Assembly (NCBI GenBank): GCA_022600535.1 | Contig: JAHZKE010000042.1 | Location: 10,649 to 74,648 of the forward strand | DNA length: 64,000 nt | Direction of reading: 5' to 3' | Origin: Pseudomonadota bacterium | GTDB lineage: Bacteria; Pseudomonadota; Gammaproteobacteria; Tethybacterales; Persebacteraceae | Part shown: piece by piece, positions 1 through 10,027 of the stretch | Position numbering within the stretch: the first letter of the stretch is position 1 | Layout: each line of letters opens with the position of its first letter | Translations under genes and position numbers: made by a program | Notes under the pieces: generated by a model | The model's input: only the letters and a program-made list of their open reading frames with translations | Database searches by the model: none | What the model was told of the DNA's origin: nothing

Positions 1-1065
1 TTTTTGGCACAAGGGATTATTCTCAGTAGTATTATTTGCCTCCTGATTTGGCTATTTTTGCTCCCCGCAACAAGCAGTATCGTTACTGCCTTAGGCGGCA
101 GCGGCGACGCCGCCGCTTGGGCAACCGAATATAGCCGCATTATCTACCTCGGTTCACCGTTATTTCTTTATGCCTTTATGTTTAATAGCGCCTTGCAAGC
201 TACCGGCAACGCCACCGCTTTTAAAAACAGCGTTATCGCTTCGGTATTACTCAACATCATATTAGACCCAATTTTAATGTTTGGGTGGTTGGGCTTACCT
301 GCCATGGGGGTCGCCGGTGTTGCACTGGCAACCCTCTTATCGCAGTTCGTCGGTGGCGTTTATCTATTTACGGTGCTCAACAAAACGATTGTTATGCACC
401 GCTGGCGTTGGCTATTTTTACGCCCGCGGGTGGAAATCTTGCTTAAACTCATCAAACAAGCCACCGCTCCTACCGGACGCATGATTGGCATTGGTTTATT
501 TTTCTTTTTAGTTACCGCCTTTTTAGGTAGATTAGATAATGACGCCGTTGCCGCCTACGGCATTGCCATACGGATAGAACAACTATTTTTATTACCCACC
601 ATTGGTTTAGAAGTTGCCCTCCTCTCCTACGCTGGGCAAAACTTAGCCGCCGGTAAACCGCAACAAACCCGCACTGCCTATCTCCTATGCCTGCGTTACG
701 GTATTATCTGCATGATTATCGGTGCAATTTTTTTAGTGGGAGTTGGCAAATATTTCATCCAATTCTTCAATGACGAGGAAGCCGTTGTGGAATATGGCTA
801 TAATTATTTATTAGTCGCTGCTTGTGTTGGCAACCTTTATCTATTTATTAACTTAGGGGGAGCAGTACTAATGGGCGCATTAAAAACCTTTGATATCTTC
901 ATTACCAGTTTATTACGGTTACTGATACTCCCCATCATCTTTTTTTGGATATTAGCCATACAATTAGAACTTGGCGTTATCGGAATATGGATTGGTATTT
1001 TACTCGCCAACATCCCCGCTGCCCTGTGGATGCATTATCGCTGTATAGCAGTGCTAGCAAAATAA
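1..1065 (+). CDS. MATE family multidrug efflux transporter (5'-partial; N-terminus lies upstream of window)
   Basis: 353-aa ORF made entirely of hydrophobic helices in the MATE/NorM style. The track's start is a TTG at 4 and MATE proteins are ~450 aa, so the gene is most likely truncated by the window edge. Confidence 0.7.
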   Translation, partial: FLAQGIILSSIICLLIWLFLLPATSSIVTALGGSGDAAAWATEYSRIIYLGSPLFLYAFMFNSALQATGNATAFKNSVIASVLLNIILDPILMFGWLGLPAMGVAGVALATLLSQFVGGVYLFTVLNKTIVMHRWRWLFLRPRVEILLKLIKQATAPTGRMIGIGLFFFLVTAFLGRLDNDAVAAYGIAIRIEQLFLLPTIGLEVALLSYAGQNLAAGKPQQTRTAYLLCLRYGIICMIIGAIFLVGVGKYFIQFFNDEEAVVEYGYNYLLVAACVGNLYLFINLGGAVLMGALKTFDIFITSLLRLLILPIIFFWILAIQLELGVIGIWIGILLANIPAALWMHYRCIAVLAK

Positions 1066-1070
1066 TACAA

Positions 1071-1090
1071 AATTAGCGGAAGCCGCTAAT
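1071..1090. terminator. Possible hairpin just after the MATE stop (aattagcgg-aa-gccgctaatt)
   Basis: Perfect 9-bp inverted repeat directly 3' of the stop codon at 1065. On the opposite strand it is followed by a T-rich run. Classic U-tail on the + strand is weak. Confidence 0.25.
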
Positions 1091-1268
1091 TACGCATTGG
1101 AAAATGTAGCGAAATCGGCGCAATAAAACTGTCCCGAAAATAACCCCCTAACCCTTACCCGTAGCAGTGCCTGCTACGGGTATTGTTGTTCGTTGCGTTT
1201 TTATAAAGTGAACAAGGATGTGATAGTATAGCCGTTTTATATTTACTGATCATTAAGGGAATTAATAA

Positions 1269-2633
1269 ATGTTACGTAGCCCGCAAGAGATAATAAACGA
1301 GATAATAGAGATAACCAAAGGAAAAAAATATATTTTTCGTGGTGAAAGTAGAGATTATTCTAAATCGGGAGGCAGGCATCTCACCTCTAATTTATATCGG
1401 CAGTTTTATTTATCCAGTAAAAATGAACCACCAATAAAAAATGAATATTTTTCTATCCTAAAGATAGAAAAAAATATTATAAGTAAAGCCAAAAAACACT
1501 TGCCTTATGGTGCAAGTAATATAGATATATTGACACAGTTACAACATTATGGTGGTAAAACAGCATTAATTGACTTTACCTATAATTTACATATTGCTTT
1601 ATTTTTTGCTTGTGAAAAAAATCTCAGTGAAGATGGGAAATTATTTATGTTTCCAAGTGAAAAATTTCCTGAGAAAAATGATATAGAAGTCAAAAAAAAT
1701 AATGAACTTATACCAATAGAACTTATTGAACAAGATATTTTAATGATGCCTACAGGAAAAGACCCGCGAATTATATTCCAAAGTAGTGTATTTGTACATG
1801 CACACAAAGGATACATAGAAGAAACGGCAAAATTGGAAATTATCTCTTCTAAAGAAAAAGACGACATACTAACTTATTTACGAAAAAATTTTAATATCCA
1901 TGCAGACACTATTTATAATGATATGTATGGTTTTATAAAAAATTTAGAGAACCATTCAACTGCAGAAATAGAATTTTATAGAGGGATAGCTTGGAATGAT
2001 CAAAAAAATTATGTGAACGCAATAAAATCTTATGATGAAGCCATTAAAATAAATCCGCAATTTACAGAAGCATACAATAACCGGGGCAATGCTAAATTTT
2101 CTTTAGGCGATACAACAGGAGCTTTATTAGATTATGATAAAGCCATTGAAATAAATCCGCAACTTGCAAAACCATACAATAACCGAGGCAATGCTAAAAT
2201 AAATTCGGGCGATACAACAGCAGCTTTATTAGATTATGATAAAGCCATTAGAATAAATCCGCAAAATGCAGAAGCATACAATAACCGGGGCATTGCTAAA
2301 ATAAATTCGGGCGATACAACAGGAGCTTTATTAGATTATGATAAAGCCATTGAAATAAATCCGCAATATGCAGACGCATACTATAACCGGGGCAATGCTA
2401 AAATAAATTCGGGCGATACAACAGCAACTTTATTAGATTATGATAAAGCCATTGAAATAAATCCGCAATTTGCAGAAGCATACTACAACAGAGGCATTGC
2501 TAAAATAAAATCGGGCGATACAAAGAGTGCAGAACAAGATTGGCTGCAAGCAAAAAAATTAGCCAAAGAGCAAAATCTTAACGATGACATTGAGAAGATT
2601 AATGAAGCATTACAACAACTTGAAAATAAATAG
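1269..2633 (+). CDS. FRG-domain protein with C-terminal tetratricopeptide (TPR) repeat array
   Basis: The N-terminal ~240 aa carry FRG-domain motifs: 'YIFRGESRDY...LTSNLYR', 'LQHYGGKTALIDFTYNLHIALFFA' and 'RIIFQSSVFV'. The C-terminal ~210 aa are six 34-aa TPR units (AYNNRGNAK...DYDKAIEINPQ). The gene is strongly AT-rich compared with its neighbours. Confidence 0.8.
   Translation: MLRSPQEIINEIIEITKGKKYIFRGESRDYSKSGGRHLTSNLYRQFYLSSKNEPPIKNEYFSILKIEKNIISKAKKHLPYGASNIDILTQLQHYGGKTALIDFTYNLHIALFFACEKNLSEDGKLFMFPSEKFPEKNDIEVKKNNELIPIELIEQDILMMPTGKDPRIIFQSSVFVHAHKGYIEETAKLEIISSKEKDDILTYLRKNFNIHADTIYNDMYGFIKNLENHSTAEIEFYRGIAWNDQKNYVNAIKSYDEAIKINPQFTEAYNNRGNAKFSLGDTTGALLDYDKAIEINPQLAKPYNNRGNAKINSGDTTAALLDYDKAIRINPQNAEAYNNRGIAKINSGDTTGALLDYDKAIEINPQYADAYYNRGNAKINSGDTTATLLDYDKAIEINPQFAEAYYNRGIAKIKSGDTKSAEQDWLQAKKLAKEQNLNDDIEKINEALQQLENK
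2041..2550 (+). repeat. Tandem 102-bp near-identical repeats (about 5 copies) encoding the TPR units
   Basis: A unit '...aaataaatccgcaa-[t/c/a]ttgcagaagcatacaataaccggggcaatgctaaaataaattcgggcgatacaacaggagctttattagattatgataaagccattgaaat' recurs with a 102-nt period at about 2050/2152/2254/2356/2458, with only a few substitutions. Confidence 0.8.
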
Positions 2634-2996
2634 TGCTGTAATGTTTGAGGGCTTGCTAATGCTCCCGCCCCTGCCCTGCTCAAACGGCGTATGCAAACGC
2701 TCGGCAAGTATTTTGGCGCTGGTGGTTGCAGGGAGTGCTAAATCGTGGATGAAAATATCTTCTTCGTCTTTATGTCCGACATAAGTATCGCAACAAACAA
2801 GAAAATTACGTAACGGAATACTGCATTCTGCCGACCATTCGTGTAACGTTTGCGATAATAGAGATAAATTGCCCTCATTTCACCCTACTCTAAACGCAGG
2901 GCTTTAAATTCTCCTCCCTCGGAGGCGCCCGCAGCTAATACAAAGTAATAAAGGTTTGTTATTTATGCTTGTGATTAACGCTATAATTATGCAACT

Positions 2997-4094
2997 ATGC
3001 AAGTTGCTCCTGTTAATTTTTCGCAGTTTGCCTCACTGCCGGATGACGATTGTCAAACGCGTATCAAAGAAGCTCGCGCCCGTCTTGGTGAGCGTGTTGT
3101 GCTACTCGCACACCACTATCAACGCGCCGATGTTTATTGTCATGCCGATTTAACGGGCGATTCGCTCAAGTTGTCGCGCTTGGCTTCGCAAACGCGTGCC
3201 GATTTTATTGTTTTTTGTGGTGTGCACTTTATGGCAGAGGTTGCCGATGTATTGAGTGCGCCCGAACAAAAGGTGATTTTGCCTGATTTATCTGCCGGCT
3301 GTTCTATGGCAGATATGGCTTCGCTGGCAAAGGTAGAGCGGGCGTGGCGCGAGCTGGCAACGGTGTTAGACCCCGACGAAACTATAACTCCCGTAACTTA
3401 TATTAACTCGGCTGCCGATTTGAAATCGTTTTGCGCCCGTCATGGCGGTATTGTTTGCACTTCCAGTAATGCCGAGGCGATTTTAAAATGGTCGTATGCA
3501 CAGCGCGAAAAGGTGTTGTTTTTTCCTGATCAACATTTGGGCAGATGGACGGCACGGCAAATGGGCATGCCGCCCGAAGATATGGCGGTGTGGGATTTTG
3601 ATTTACCGCAGGGCGGGCTAACTGCCGAACAAATTCATCGCGCTAAAATTATTTTGTGGAAAGGGTTTTGCTCGGTACATCAAATGTTTCGCCCGCAGCA
3701 TGTGCTTGATTTCCGCGAAAAACACCCCGAAGGGTTGGTTATTTCTCATCCCGAATGTTGCGAAGATGTCTGCGCATTGTCCGATTATGTCGGTTCTACC
3801 GAAATGATTATTAAAACGATTGCCGCCGCTCCCGAAAACACGCGCTGGCTGGTGGGCACCGAGCTCAATTTAGTGCAACGCATTGCCAAAGAGTTTGCCC
3901 CGCAAGGTAAGGTGATTCGCTTTATGTCGCCGATGGTATGTATGTGTTCTACCATGGCGCGGATTGACCCACCACATTTGGCGTGGGCGTTAGAGTCGCT
4001 TGCCGATGGCGAGGTGGTGAATCAAATTTCCGTCGCCGCTGAGGATGCCGAAATGTCGCGCTTGGCGTTGGAACGGATGCTTTCTTGCTCGTAA
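2997..4094 (+). CDS. nadA: Quinolinate synthase A
   Basis: 365-aa ORF with conserved NadA blocks (VHFMAE, ...CSMADM..., ...HPECC...) and a length that fits the family. Confidence 0.85.
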   Translation: MQVAPVNFSQFASLPDDDCQTRIKEARARLGERVVLLAHHYQRADVYCHADLTGDSLKLSRLASQTRADFIVFCGVHFMAEVADVLSAPEQKVILPDLSAGCSMADMASLAKVERAWRELATVLDPDETITPVTYINSAADLKSFCARHGGIVCTSSNAEAILKWSYAQREKVLFFPDQHLGRWTARQMGMPPEDMAVWDFDLPQGGLTAEQIHRAKIILWKGFCSVHQMFRPQHVLDFREKHPEGLVISHPECCEDVCALSDYVGSTEMIIKTIAAAPENTRWLVGTELNLVQRIAKEFAPQGKVIRFMSPMVCMCSTMARIDPPHLAWALESLADGEVVNQISVAAEDAEMSRLALERMLSCS

Positions 4095-4125
4095 AAATAT
4101 GAATCACACACACTCTCATGCCACG

Positions 4126-4674
4126 ATGCAGGCAACTACTATTTTATGCGTGCGGCGTAATGGCACGGTCGCTTTAGGCGGCGATGGGCAAGTCACCTTA
4201 GGCGATACGGTGGTCAAAGCAACGGCGCAGAAAATTCGCCGTCTTGCTGGCGGCACGGTGTTGGCGGGTTTTGCCGGCGCAACTGCCGATGCTTTTACTT
4301 TGTTAGAACGTTTTGAACGGCGCTTAGAGGCGTGTAACCGTCAGCTTTCACGGGCGGCAGATGAACTCGCACGCGATTGGCGCACCGACCGCGTCTTGCG
4401 CCGCTTAGAAGCGATGTTAATTATTGCCGATGCAAATGAGTCGTTAGTGCTGTCGGGCTTGGGTGATGTATTGGTGCCGGAAAACGATGTTGCCGCGATT
4501 GGTAGCGGTGCCACTTATGCGCAATCGGCAGCGTTGGCGCTGATGCGTCATGCCCCTGATTTATCGGCAGAAGAAATTGTGCGCGAGTCGCTAACGATTG
4601 CCGCTGACATTTGTATTTATACAAACCACCAAATTATGGTGGAACAACTTGAACAAACTGTAAAGAAAAAGTAA
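4126..4674 (+). CDS. hslV: ATP-dependent protease subunit HslV
   Basis: '[23 protein letters not shown]' is the canonical HslV N-terminus (Thr right after Met). The internal ATG at 4126 gives 182 aa. The track's upstream start at 4045 would overlap nadA. The gene sits immediately 5' of hslU. Confidence 0.9.
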   Translation: MQATTILCVRRNGTVALGGDGQVTLGDTVVKATAQKIRRLAGGTVLAGFAGATADAFTLLERFERRLEACNRQLSRAADELARDWRTDRVLRRLEAMLIIADANESLVLSGLGDVLVPENDVAAIGSGATYAQSAALALMRHAPDLSAEEIVRESLTIAADICIYTNHQIMVEQLEQTVKKK

Positions 4675-4682
4675 CTAATATT

Positions 4683-5990
4683 ATGAGCAAAAAATTGACT
4701 CCGCGTAAGATTGTTGAAGAGTTAAGTAAATATATTATCGGACAGGATAAAGCAAAGCGCACGGTGGCGCTGGCATTGCGTTGGCGTTGGCGGCGGATGC
4801 GGGTGGAAAAATCCTTGCGTGATGAAATCATGCCGAAAAATATATTAATGATTGGTCCCACTGGTGTCGGCAAAACCGAAATTTCGCGCCGCTTGGCACG
4901 GCTGACGAATGCGCCTTTTATTAAGGTAGAGGCGACTAAATTTACCGAGATTGGTTATGTCGGGCGTGATGTTGATTCCATTATCCGCGATTTATTAGAG
5001 GTGGCGATTGATTCCGCCCGCGATGAGTATTCCGAAAAAGTGCAGCAACGCGCCGAAGAACGCGCCGAAGAACGCATTTTAGATGCCCTCCTACCCGATG
5101 TAGATAAAGAAGAAACCGCCGACACGCGCGATAAATTATTGCAACAATTTAGAGCAGGCGATTTGGATAACCGCGAGATTGAAATAGAAACCAGTAATAT
5201 GTCGCAGGTTGAGATTTTATCGCCGCCGGGGTTGGAAGAAATCACTTCGCAATTTCAATCCATGTTACAAACCATGGGGAAGGAGCGCAAAAAAACACGC
5301 CGTATGCCCGTAAATGAAGCGTTTGAAGTGTGTGTAGAAGAAGAAGTGCAAGAAATGATTGATATGAATGAGGTGAAAGATATTGCGATTGAACGGGTAG
5401 AAGAAAATGGCATTGTCTTTATTGATGAAATGGATAAGATTGCCGAAAACGGCGGGCGCAATGGTGGCGATATTTCCCGTCACGGTGTGCAGCGCGATTT
5501 ATTGCCGCTGGTAGAAGGCACGACGGTTTCAACGAAACACGGCAATGTTCGCACCGACCATATTTTATTTATTGCCAGCGGGGCGTTTCATTTGAGTCGC
5601 CCGTCCGATTTAATCCCCGAATTGCAGGGACGTTTTCCGCTACGGGTAGAGCTTTCTTCGCTGACGGTAAGTGATTTTCGTCAAATTCTCACCAATACCA
5701 AGGCGTGTTTGATTCGTCAATATCAAGCGTTACTAAAAACCGAAAAAGTAACGCTGACCTTTGAAGAAGAAGCAATTGATGCGATTGCCCAACTGGCGTG
5801 GCAAGTGAATGAAAATAACGAGAACATCGGCGCCCGCCGTCTCTACACAATTATGGAAAAGCTATTAGAAGATTGTTCTTTTGAAGCCGACCAAATGGGA
5901 GGCAAAACGGTGAATGTAGATGCCGCCATGGTGCGCGAAGTATTGAAAGATTTATCCGAAAGTAGCGAGCGCGTGCGCTATGTTTTATAA
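4683..5990 (+). CDS. hslU: ATP-dependent protease ATPase subunit HslU
   Basis: 435 aa starting '[39 protein letters not shown]', with Walker A '[10 protein letters not shown]'. hslVU synteny is intact. Confidence 0.95.
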   Translation: MSKKLTPRKIVEELSKYIIGQDKAKRTVALALRWRWRRMRVEKSLRDEIMPKNILMIGPTGVGKTEISRRLARLTNAPFIKVEATKFTEIGYVGRDVDSIIRDLLEVAIDSARDEYSEKVQQRAEERAEERILDALLPDVDKEETADTRDKLLQQFRAGDLDNREIEIETSNMSQVEILSPPGLEEITSQFQSMLQTMGKERKKTRRMPVNEAFEVCVEEEVQEMIDMNEVKDIAIERVEENGIVFIDEMDKIAENGGRNGGDISRHGVQRDLLPLVEGTTVSTKHGNVRTDHILFIASGAFHLSRPSDLIPELQGRFPLRVELSSLTVSDFRQILTNTKACLIRQYQALLKTEKVTLTFEEEAIDAIAQLAWQVNENNENIGARRLYTIMEKLLEDCSFEADQMGGKTVNVDAAMVREVLKDLSESSERVRYVL

Positions 5991-6080
5991 TTTATAACAA
6001 ATGTGCAATTTATTTTATTACAACACTTGATATTTTTCTATTTGTCCCTTATGATTAAAAAATATTATTACTAAAATAGT

Positions 6081-7517
6081 ATGGAGAAGCAATCAATGCG
6101 AATTTTCACAACCACTTTCATTAAACGGTTAAGTTTTACTTTGCTGTTTCCTATCTTAACATTCTCGGCAATAACACTGCCGGCAGCGGCTCATGACGAT
6201 ATTGATATTGTTAATTTAGTGAAACAAAACAGCGCCGCAGTCATTAGCGTGCGCGGTATTGTCAAACCTAAATTTGGTGCGCGCGGTGGCATTAAAGGCG
6301 AGCAAATTCCATTTAATGAGTTTTTTCCGTTTTCGCCCGATTTATTTGAGCGCTTGCAACCGCGGCAACAACAGCCGACTGTTGCCGCCGGATCGGGCTT
6401 TATTGTCAGCACTGACGGTTATGTATTGACAAATGCACATGTTGTAAAAGATGCCGATGAATTGGTTGTCACTCTCAGTGACAACAGCGAATACAGCGCC
6501 AAAATAGTCGGCAGTGATGAAAAAACCGACATCGCTTTACTAAAAATTGAATCCGATGACCCATTCCCCGTTGTCAAGATTGGCGACTCCGAAACATTGC
6601 AAGTGGGCGAATCGGTACTGGCAATTGGTTCACCGTATGGCTTAGACCAAAGCGTCACCAGCGGGATTATCAGTGCCTTGGGGCGACGTTTGCCCAGTGA
6701 GGATTTCGTGCCCTTTATCCAAACCGATGCCGCTGTCAATCCCGGCAATTCGGGCGGACCCTTGCTGAATAAATTGGGTGAGGTGATTGGTATTAATTCG
6801 CAAATTATCTCCCCCGTGCGTTCGTTTAGCGGGGTGTCGTTTGCGATTCCGATTAACGTAGCGATTGAAGTGCAAGACAAATTGCGCGAACATGGCGTGG
6901 TACGGCGCGGGCGTTTAGGGGTTTATTTTGCCCCGGTCAGTAAGGATCTCGCCGAAGCATACGGACAGAAAGAACCCAGCGGCGCATTGATTCAAGATGT
7001 TGTGCCCAACTCGCCGGCAGAAGAAGCCGGTTTAGAAAGTGGTGATATTTTGCTGACTTTTGAAGGAAAAATTATTGAAGATGCGATAATGTTGCCACGC
7101 TTGGTGGGCAATACCGAACCCGGAACAAAGGTTACCTTGGGTGTATTGCGTGACGGAGAAATGGTTAAAGTTAGTGTCGTCTTGGCATCGCTTAACGATG
7201 ATGCCGCCCCCGCCCTACTGTTAGGGTTGGAATTAGAAGACCTCACCGACGAACAACGCCGCCGTAGCGGACTTAAAAGTGGTGTCGTCATTGTTAATAT
7301 TCAACGCACGGCGGAAACACCGGTGGGAATTACCCGCATGCGTCCGGGCGATGTTATTACCCATGTGTTGATTAATAAACGTCGGCAACAAGTGCAAGAC
7401 CGCGCCGCACTGGTTAATTTATTAAGAGATTTTGACAGCGGCGCGATTGCGTTTTCTGTCTGGCGCGAAGGTCGGCGTTTGATTATTCCCGTACGTATCG
7501 GCGCTAGCGAACAATAA
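6081..7517 (+). CDS. Periplasmic serine endoprotease, DegP/HtrA family (trypsin domain plus two PDZ)
   Basis: N-terminal signal peptide. Catalytic-triad contexts 'TNAHVV', 'DIALLKI' and 'GNSGGPL'. The C-terminal half is PDZ-like. Length is 478 aa; an alternative start lies at 6096. Confidence 0.85.
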   Translation: MEKQSMRIFTTTFIKRLSFTLLFPILTFSAITLPAAAHDDIDIVNLVKQNSAAVISVRGIVKPKFGARGGIKGEQIPFNEFFPFSPDLFERLQPRQQQPTVAAGSGFIVSTDGYVLTNAHVVKDADELVVTLSDNSEYSAKIVGSDEKTDIALLKIESDDPFPVVKIGDSETLQVGESVLAIGSPYGLDQSVTSGIISALGRRLPSEDFVPFIQTDAAVNPGNSGGPLLNKLGEVIGINSQIISPVRSFSGVSFAIPINVAIEVQDKLREHGVVRRGRLGVYFAPVSKDLAEAYGQKEPSGALIQDVVPNSPAEEAGLESGDILLTFEGKIIEDAIMLPRLVGNTEPGTKVTLGVLRDGEMVKVSVVLASLNDDAAPALLLGLELEDLTDEQRRRSGLKSGVVIVNIQRTAETPVGITRMRPGDVITHVLINKRRQQVQDRAALVNLLRDFDSGAIAFSVWREGRRLIIPVRIGASEQ

Positions 7518-7544
7518 TCTATAAATAACAGCAAGGATTGCCCA

Positions 7545-9614
7545 CTACTGTCCTTGCTGTCGCATTCCCTCTTTTAGAATTTCGCGGGCGCTGGCGGGGT
7601 CTTGTGCCTGTAATACACGGCGGGTAATGGTGTGCATGGTTTGGCAATTTGTTTGTTTGATTTGCCCGCGCACTTGTTCTATTGCCACGGGGTGCATGGA
7701 TAACTGCCGCAATCCTAAACCTAACATTAACGGAGTGAGTTCTACATCGCTGGCAAGTTCGCCGCATAGATTCACCGGCAGGTTGGTACGTTTTGCGTTT
7801 TCTACAATCAGTGCCAACATTTGTAATACGGCGGGGTGCATCGGATCGCACAAGGAGGTTAAGGTTTCATCGTTTCTATCGGCTGCCATAATGTATTGAA
7901 TTAAATCATTGGTACCGATAGAGAAAAAATTTAATTGCTTGGCTAATGCGCGCATAATAAACACTGCTGCCGGCACTTCTATCATCGCGCCAACTGGCGG
8001 CATGGCAACGTCTATTTCTTGAGTCACGCGCAGTTGTTCTTTGGCAACTTCTAATAAAGCAATGCTGCGTTGTAATTCTTGCGGGTGTGCCAACATCGGC
8101 AACAAAATACGCAAATTATCGTGTATTGCCGCTGCCCGCAAGAGTGCACGTAATTGGGTCATAAATAAATCGGGCATTGCCAAACAGTAGCGTATCGCCC
8201 GCACGCCTAAGGCGGGGTTGGCACCGATGGGGATTGCATCGGCGTGCTCGGGCATTTTGTCGCCGCCAATGTCTAAGGTGCGTATCACCACGGGCAGCGG
8301 GTGCATGGCAGATAAAACCGTGCGGTAAATTTCAAATTGTTCGTCTTCGCTGGGGAGGTCGCAACGGTGCATAAATAAAAATTCGCTGCGAAATAAACCA
8401 ATGCCATCGGCACCGCTATTAATGGCCGCGGTGGTTTCGTCCGGTAATTCTATGTTGGTGGTGAGGGTAATTTGTTGTTTGTCTTTTGTCAACACTCCTT
8501 TACCACTGCTTTTGTGCCGCCGTTTAACGCTGTCTTTTTTATGGGCTTGTTTGTGTTTTTTAATGTTGGCGCTGTCGGGGTTGATAATGGCGATTTGCCG
8601 TTGCGTATCTAACAACACGGTGGAATTGTGTTGCAAGCAGGCGAGCACTCCACGCGCGCCAATCAGAGCGGGGATATTCATACTACGCGCTAAAATCGCG
8701 GTGTGCGAATTGCCGCCGCCTGATTCGGTAATAAACCCTTTATACCCCAAGCGGTTAATTTGAATCACATCGGCAGGGTCTAAATCGGCGGCAATCAATA
8801 TTGCTTTTTCTCCCGTGGTGATGGGGGTTCGGCTGTGGTTGGTGTTGATTGCCATCGCTGCAATTAAGCGATTCATCACTTGTTCTATATCGCGTTGACG
8901 CTCGCGCAGGTAGGCATCTTTTAAGCGGCGAAAGTTATCGCTGATAATTTCTACCCGCTCTTTAAGTGCCCATTCGGCATTGATTGAACGGCTGCGGATT
9001 AACGATTGCGGTTTGCTGGAAAATTCCGCATCCGCCAACAGCATTAAATGTAAATCAATAAAGGGTTTGATTTCGGCGGCCCCGGGCATTTCGGTAATTT
9101 GCTGTAACAATAATTCAAAGTCACTACGCACTAGTGCCAGTGCGGTTTCGTAGCGTTTTATTTCGGCAGCTTGCTGTTGTTTTTCAATGCGATAACGCGC
9201 GACTTCCGTTGCCCCTAAACTGTGGATGTGCGCACGTCCATTAACGACGGCATTGCCAATACCAATGCCCGATACTTTGTGCATTTGCAGTTTATCGCTG
9301 TTGCTGTTTTCTGTAATGGCTTCGGGTTGTTGCGGGTTGTTCGGTACGGCATCATCGCTAAATCCGCTGGCAATGAGTTCTAATACCGCGGTGGCAGCTT
9401 CTTTTTCGTCTGCTCCTTCTATTATTATTTTTAAGTTAGTGCCTTCCGATGCCGCCAACATTAACAACGCGGCGACACTTTTGGCATCTGCTTTGCGTTT
9501 GCCTTTATAAAGGGTTGTGCTACTGTTATAACGCGCGGCTAATTTGGCTAATTTGGCTGCCGGACGGGCATGCAAGCCACGGGAATTAACAATAGTGGCT
9601 TGTACGCTAATCAT
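7545..9614 (-). CDS. ptsI: Fused HPr-Enzyme I phosphotransferase (PTS phosphocarrier HPr domain plus PEP-protein phosphotransferase)
   Basis: The N-terminal ~90 aa are HPr-like ('NSRGLHARPAAKLAKLA'). The remainder is the EI PEP-utilising domain ('GGxxSHxAIxAR' shape around 'GGNSHTAILARS' and the C-terminal TIM-barrel motifs). Confidence 0.8.
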   Translation of the reverse strand: MISVQATIVNSRGLHARPAAKLAKLAARYNSSTTLYKGKRKADAKSVAALLMLAASEGTNLKIIIEGADEKEAATAVLELIASGFSDDAVPNNPQQPEAITENSNSDKLQMHKVSGIGIGNAVVNGRAHIHSLGATEVARYRIEKQQQAAEIKRYETALALVRSDFELLLQQITEMPGAAEIKPFIDLHLMLLADAEFSSKPQSLIRSRSINAEWALKERVEIISDNFRRLKDAYLRERQRDIEQVMNRLIAAMAINTNHSRTPITTGEKAILIAADLDPADVIQINRLGYKGFITESGGGNSHTAILARSMNIPALIGARGVLACLQHNSTVLLDTQRQIAIINPDSANIKKHKQAHKKDSVKRRHKSSGKGVLTKDKQQITLTTNIELPDETTAAINSGADGIGLFRSEFLFMHRCDLPSEDEQFEIYRTVLSAMHPLPVVIRTLDIGGDKMPEHADAIPIGANPALGVRAIRYCLAMPDLFMTQLRALLRAAAIHDNLRILLPMLAHPQELQRSIALLEVAKEQLRVTQEIDVAMPPVGAMIEVPAAVFIMRALAKQLNFFSIGTNDLIQYIMAADRNDETLTSLCDPMHPAVLQMLALIVENAKRTNLPVNLCGELASDVELTPLMLGLGLRQLSMHPVAIEQVRGQIKQTNCQTMHTITRRVLQAQDPASAREILKEGMRQQGQ

Positions 9615-10027
9615 GGGGTTTTATCGCTGCTACTGATAATCGCGCGTTTGCCGGCGCCTGCCGCACAGCGTTTTAATTCCATTAGCGGCAACCCGCGCAT
9701 AGAAATTGCTTCTAATAACATTACTAAATTAACACCGTGCAAGCACGCGATTTGGCGATCGGCGGCAGCTAATTTTTCGGCAATATTGGCTTGCGTAGAA
9801 CCAAATAAATCGGTTAATATTAACACGCTACCGCAGTTGTTATGCAGTCGGCTCACGGCATCTTGCCCGTGTTTTTCCATTTCGCTACGGCGCTCGGTGC
9901 CGACAAAGGCAACGGCGATGACGTTTTGCGGTGTTTCACCCAACAAGTGCGATACCGATTCAAACAAAGATTCGCCCTGTCGCCCGTGGGTCATCAAGAC
10001 AATGCCGCAATCGTTTGTTGTGTTCAT
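9611..10027 (-). CDS. PTS EIIA component, mannose/fructose (EIIA-Man) family
   Basis: 'GIVLMTHGRQGESLFESVSHLLGE' is the EIIA-Man phospho-His context. ATGA overlap with the HPr-EI gene. Start taken at 'MNTTND'; the track's start is 10042. Confidence 0.7.
   Translation of the reverse strand: MNTTNDCGIVLMTHGRQGESLFESVSHLLGETPQNVIAVAFVGTERRSEMEKHGQDAVSRLHNNCGSVLILTDLFGSTQANIAEKLAAADRQIACLHGVNLVMLLEAISMRGLPLMELKRCAAGAGKRAIISSSDKTP

Noticed and set aside
281-484. 67-aa internal ORF in an alternative frame of the MATE gene
   Set aside because: Nested within a gene of clear transporter identity. No support.
2041-2550. Tandem repeats that could superficially resemble a CRISPR array (also 39225-39320, 37113-37300, 59355-59450)
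   Set aside because: The units are contiguous with no unique spacers, are in-frame within protein-coding genes (TPR, His-loop, KAP tail, SecG tail), and no cas genes occur in the window.
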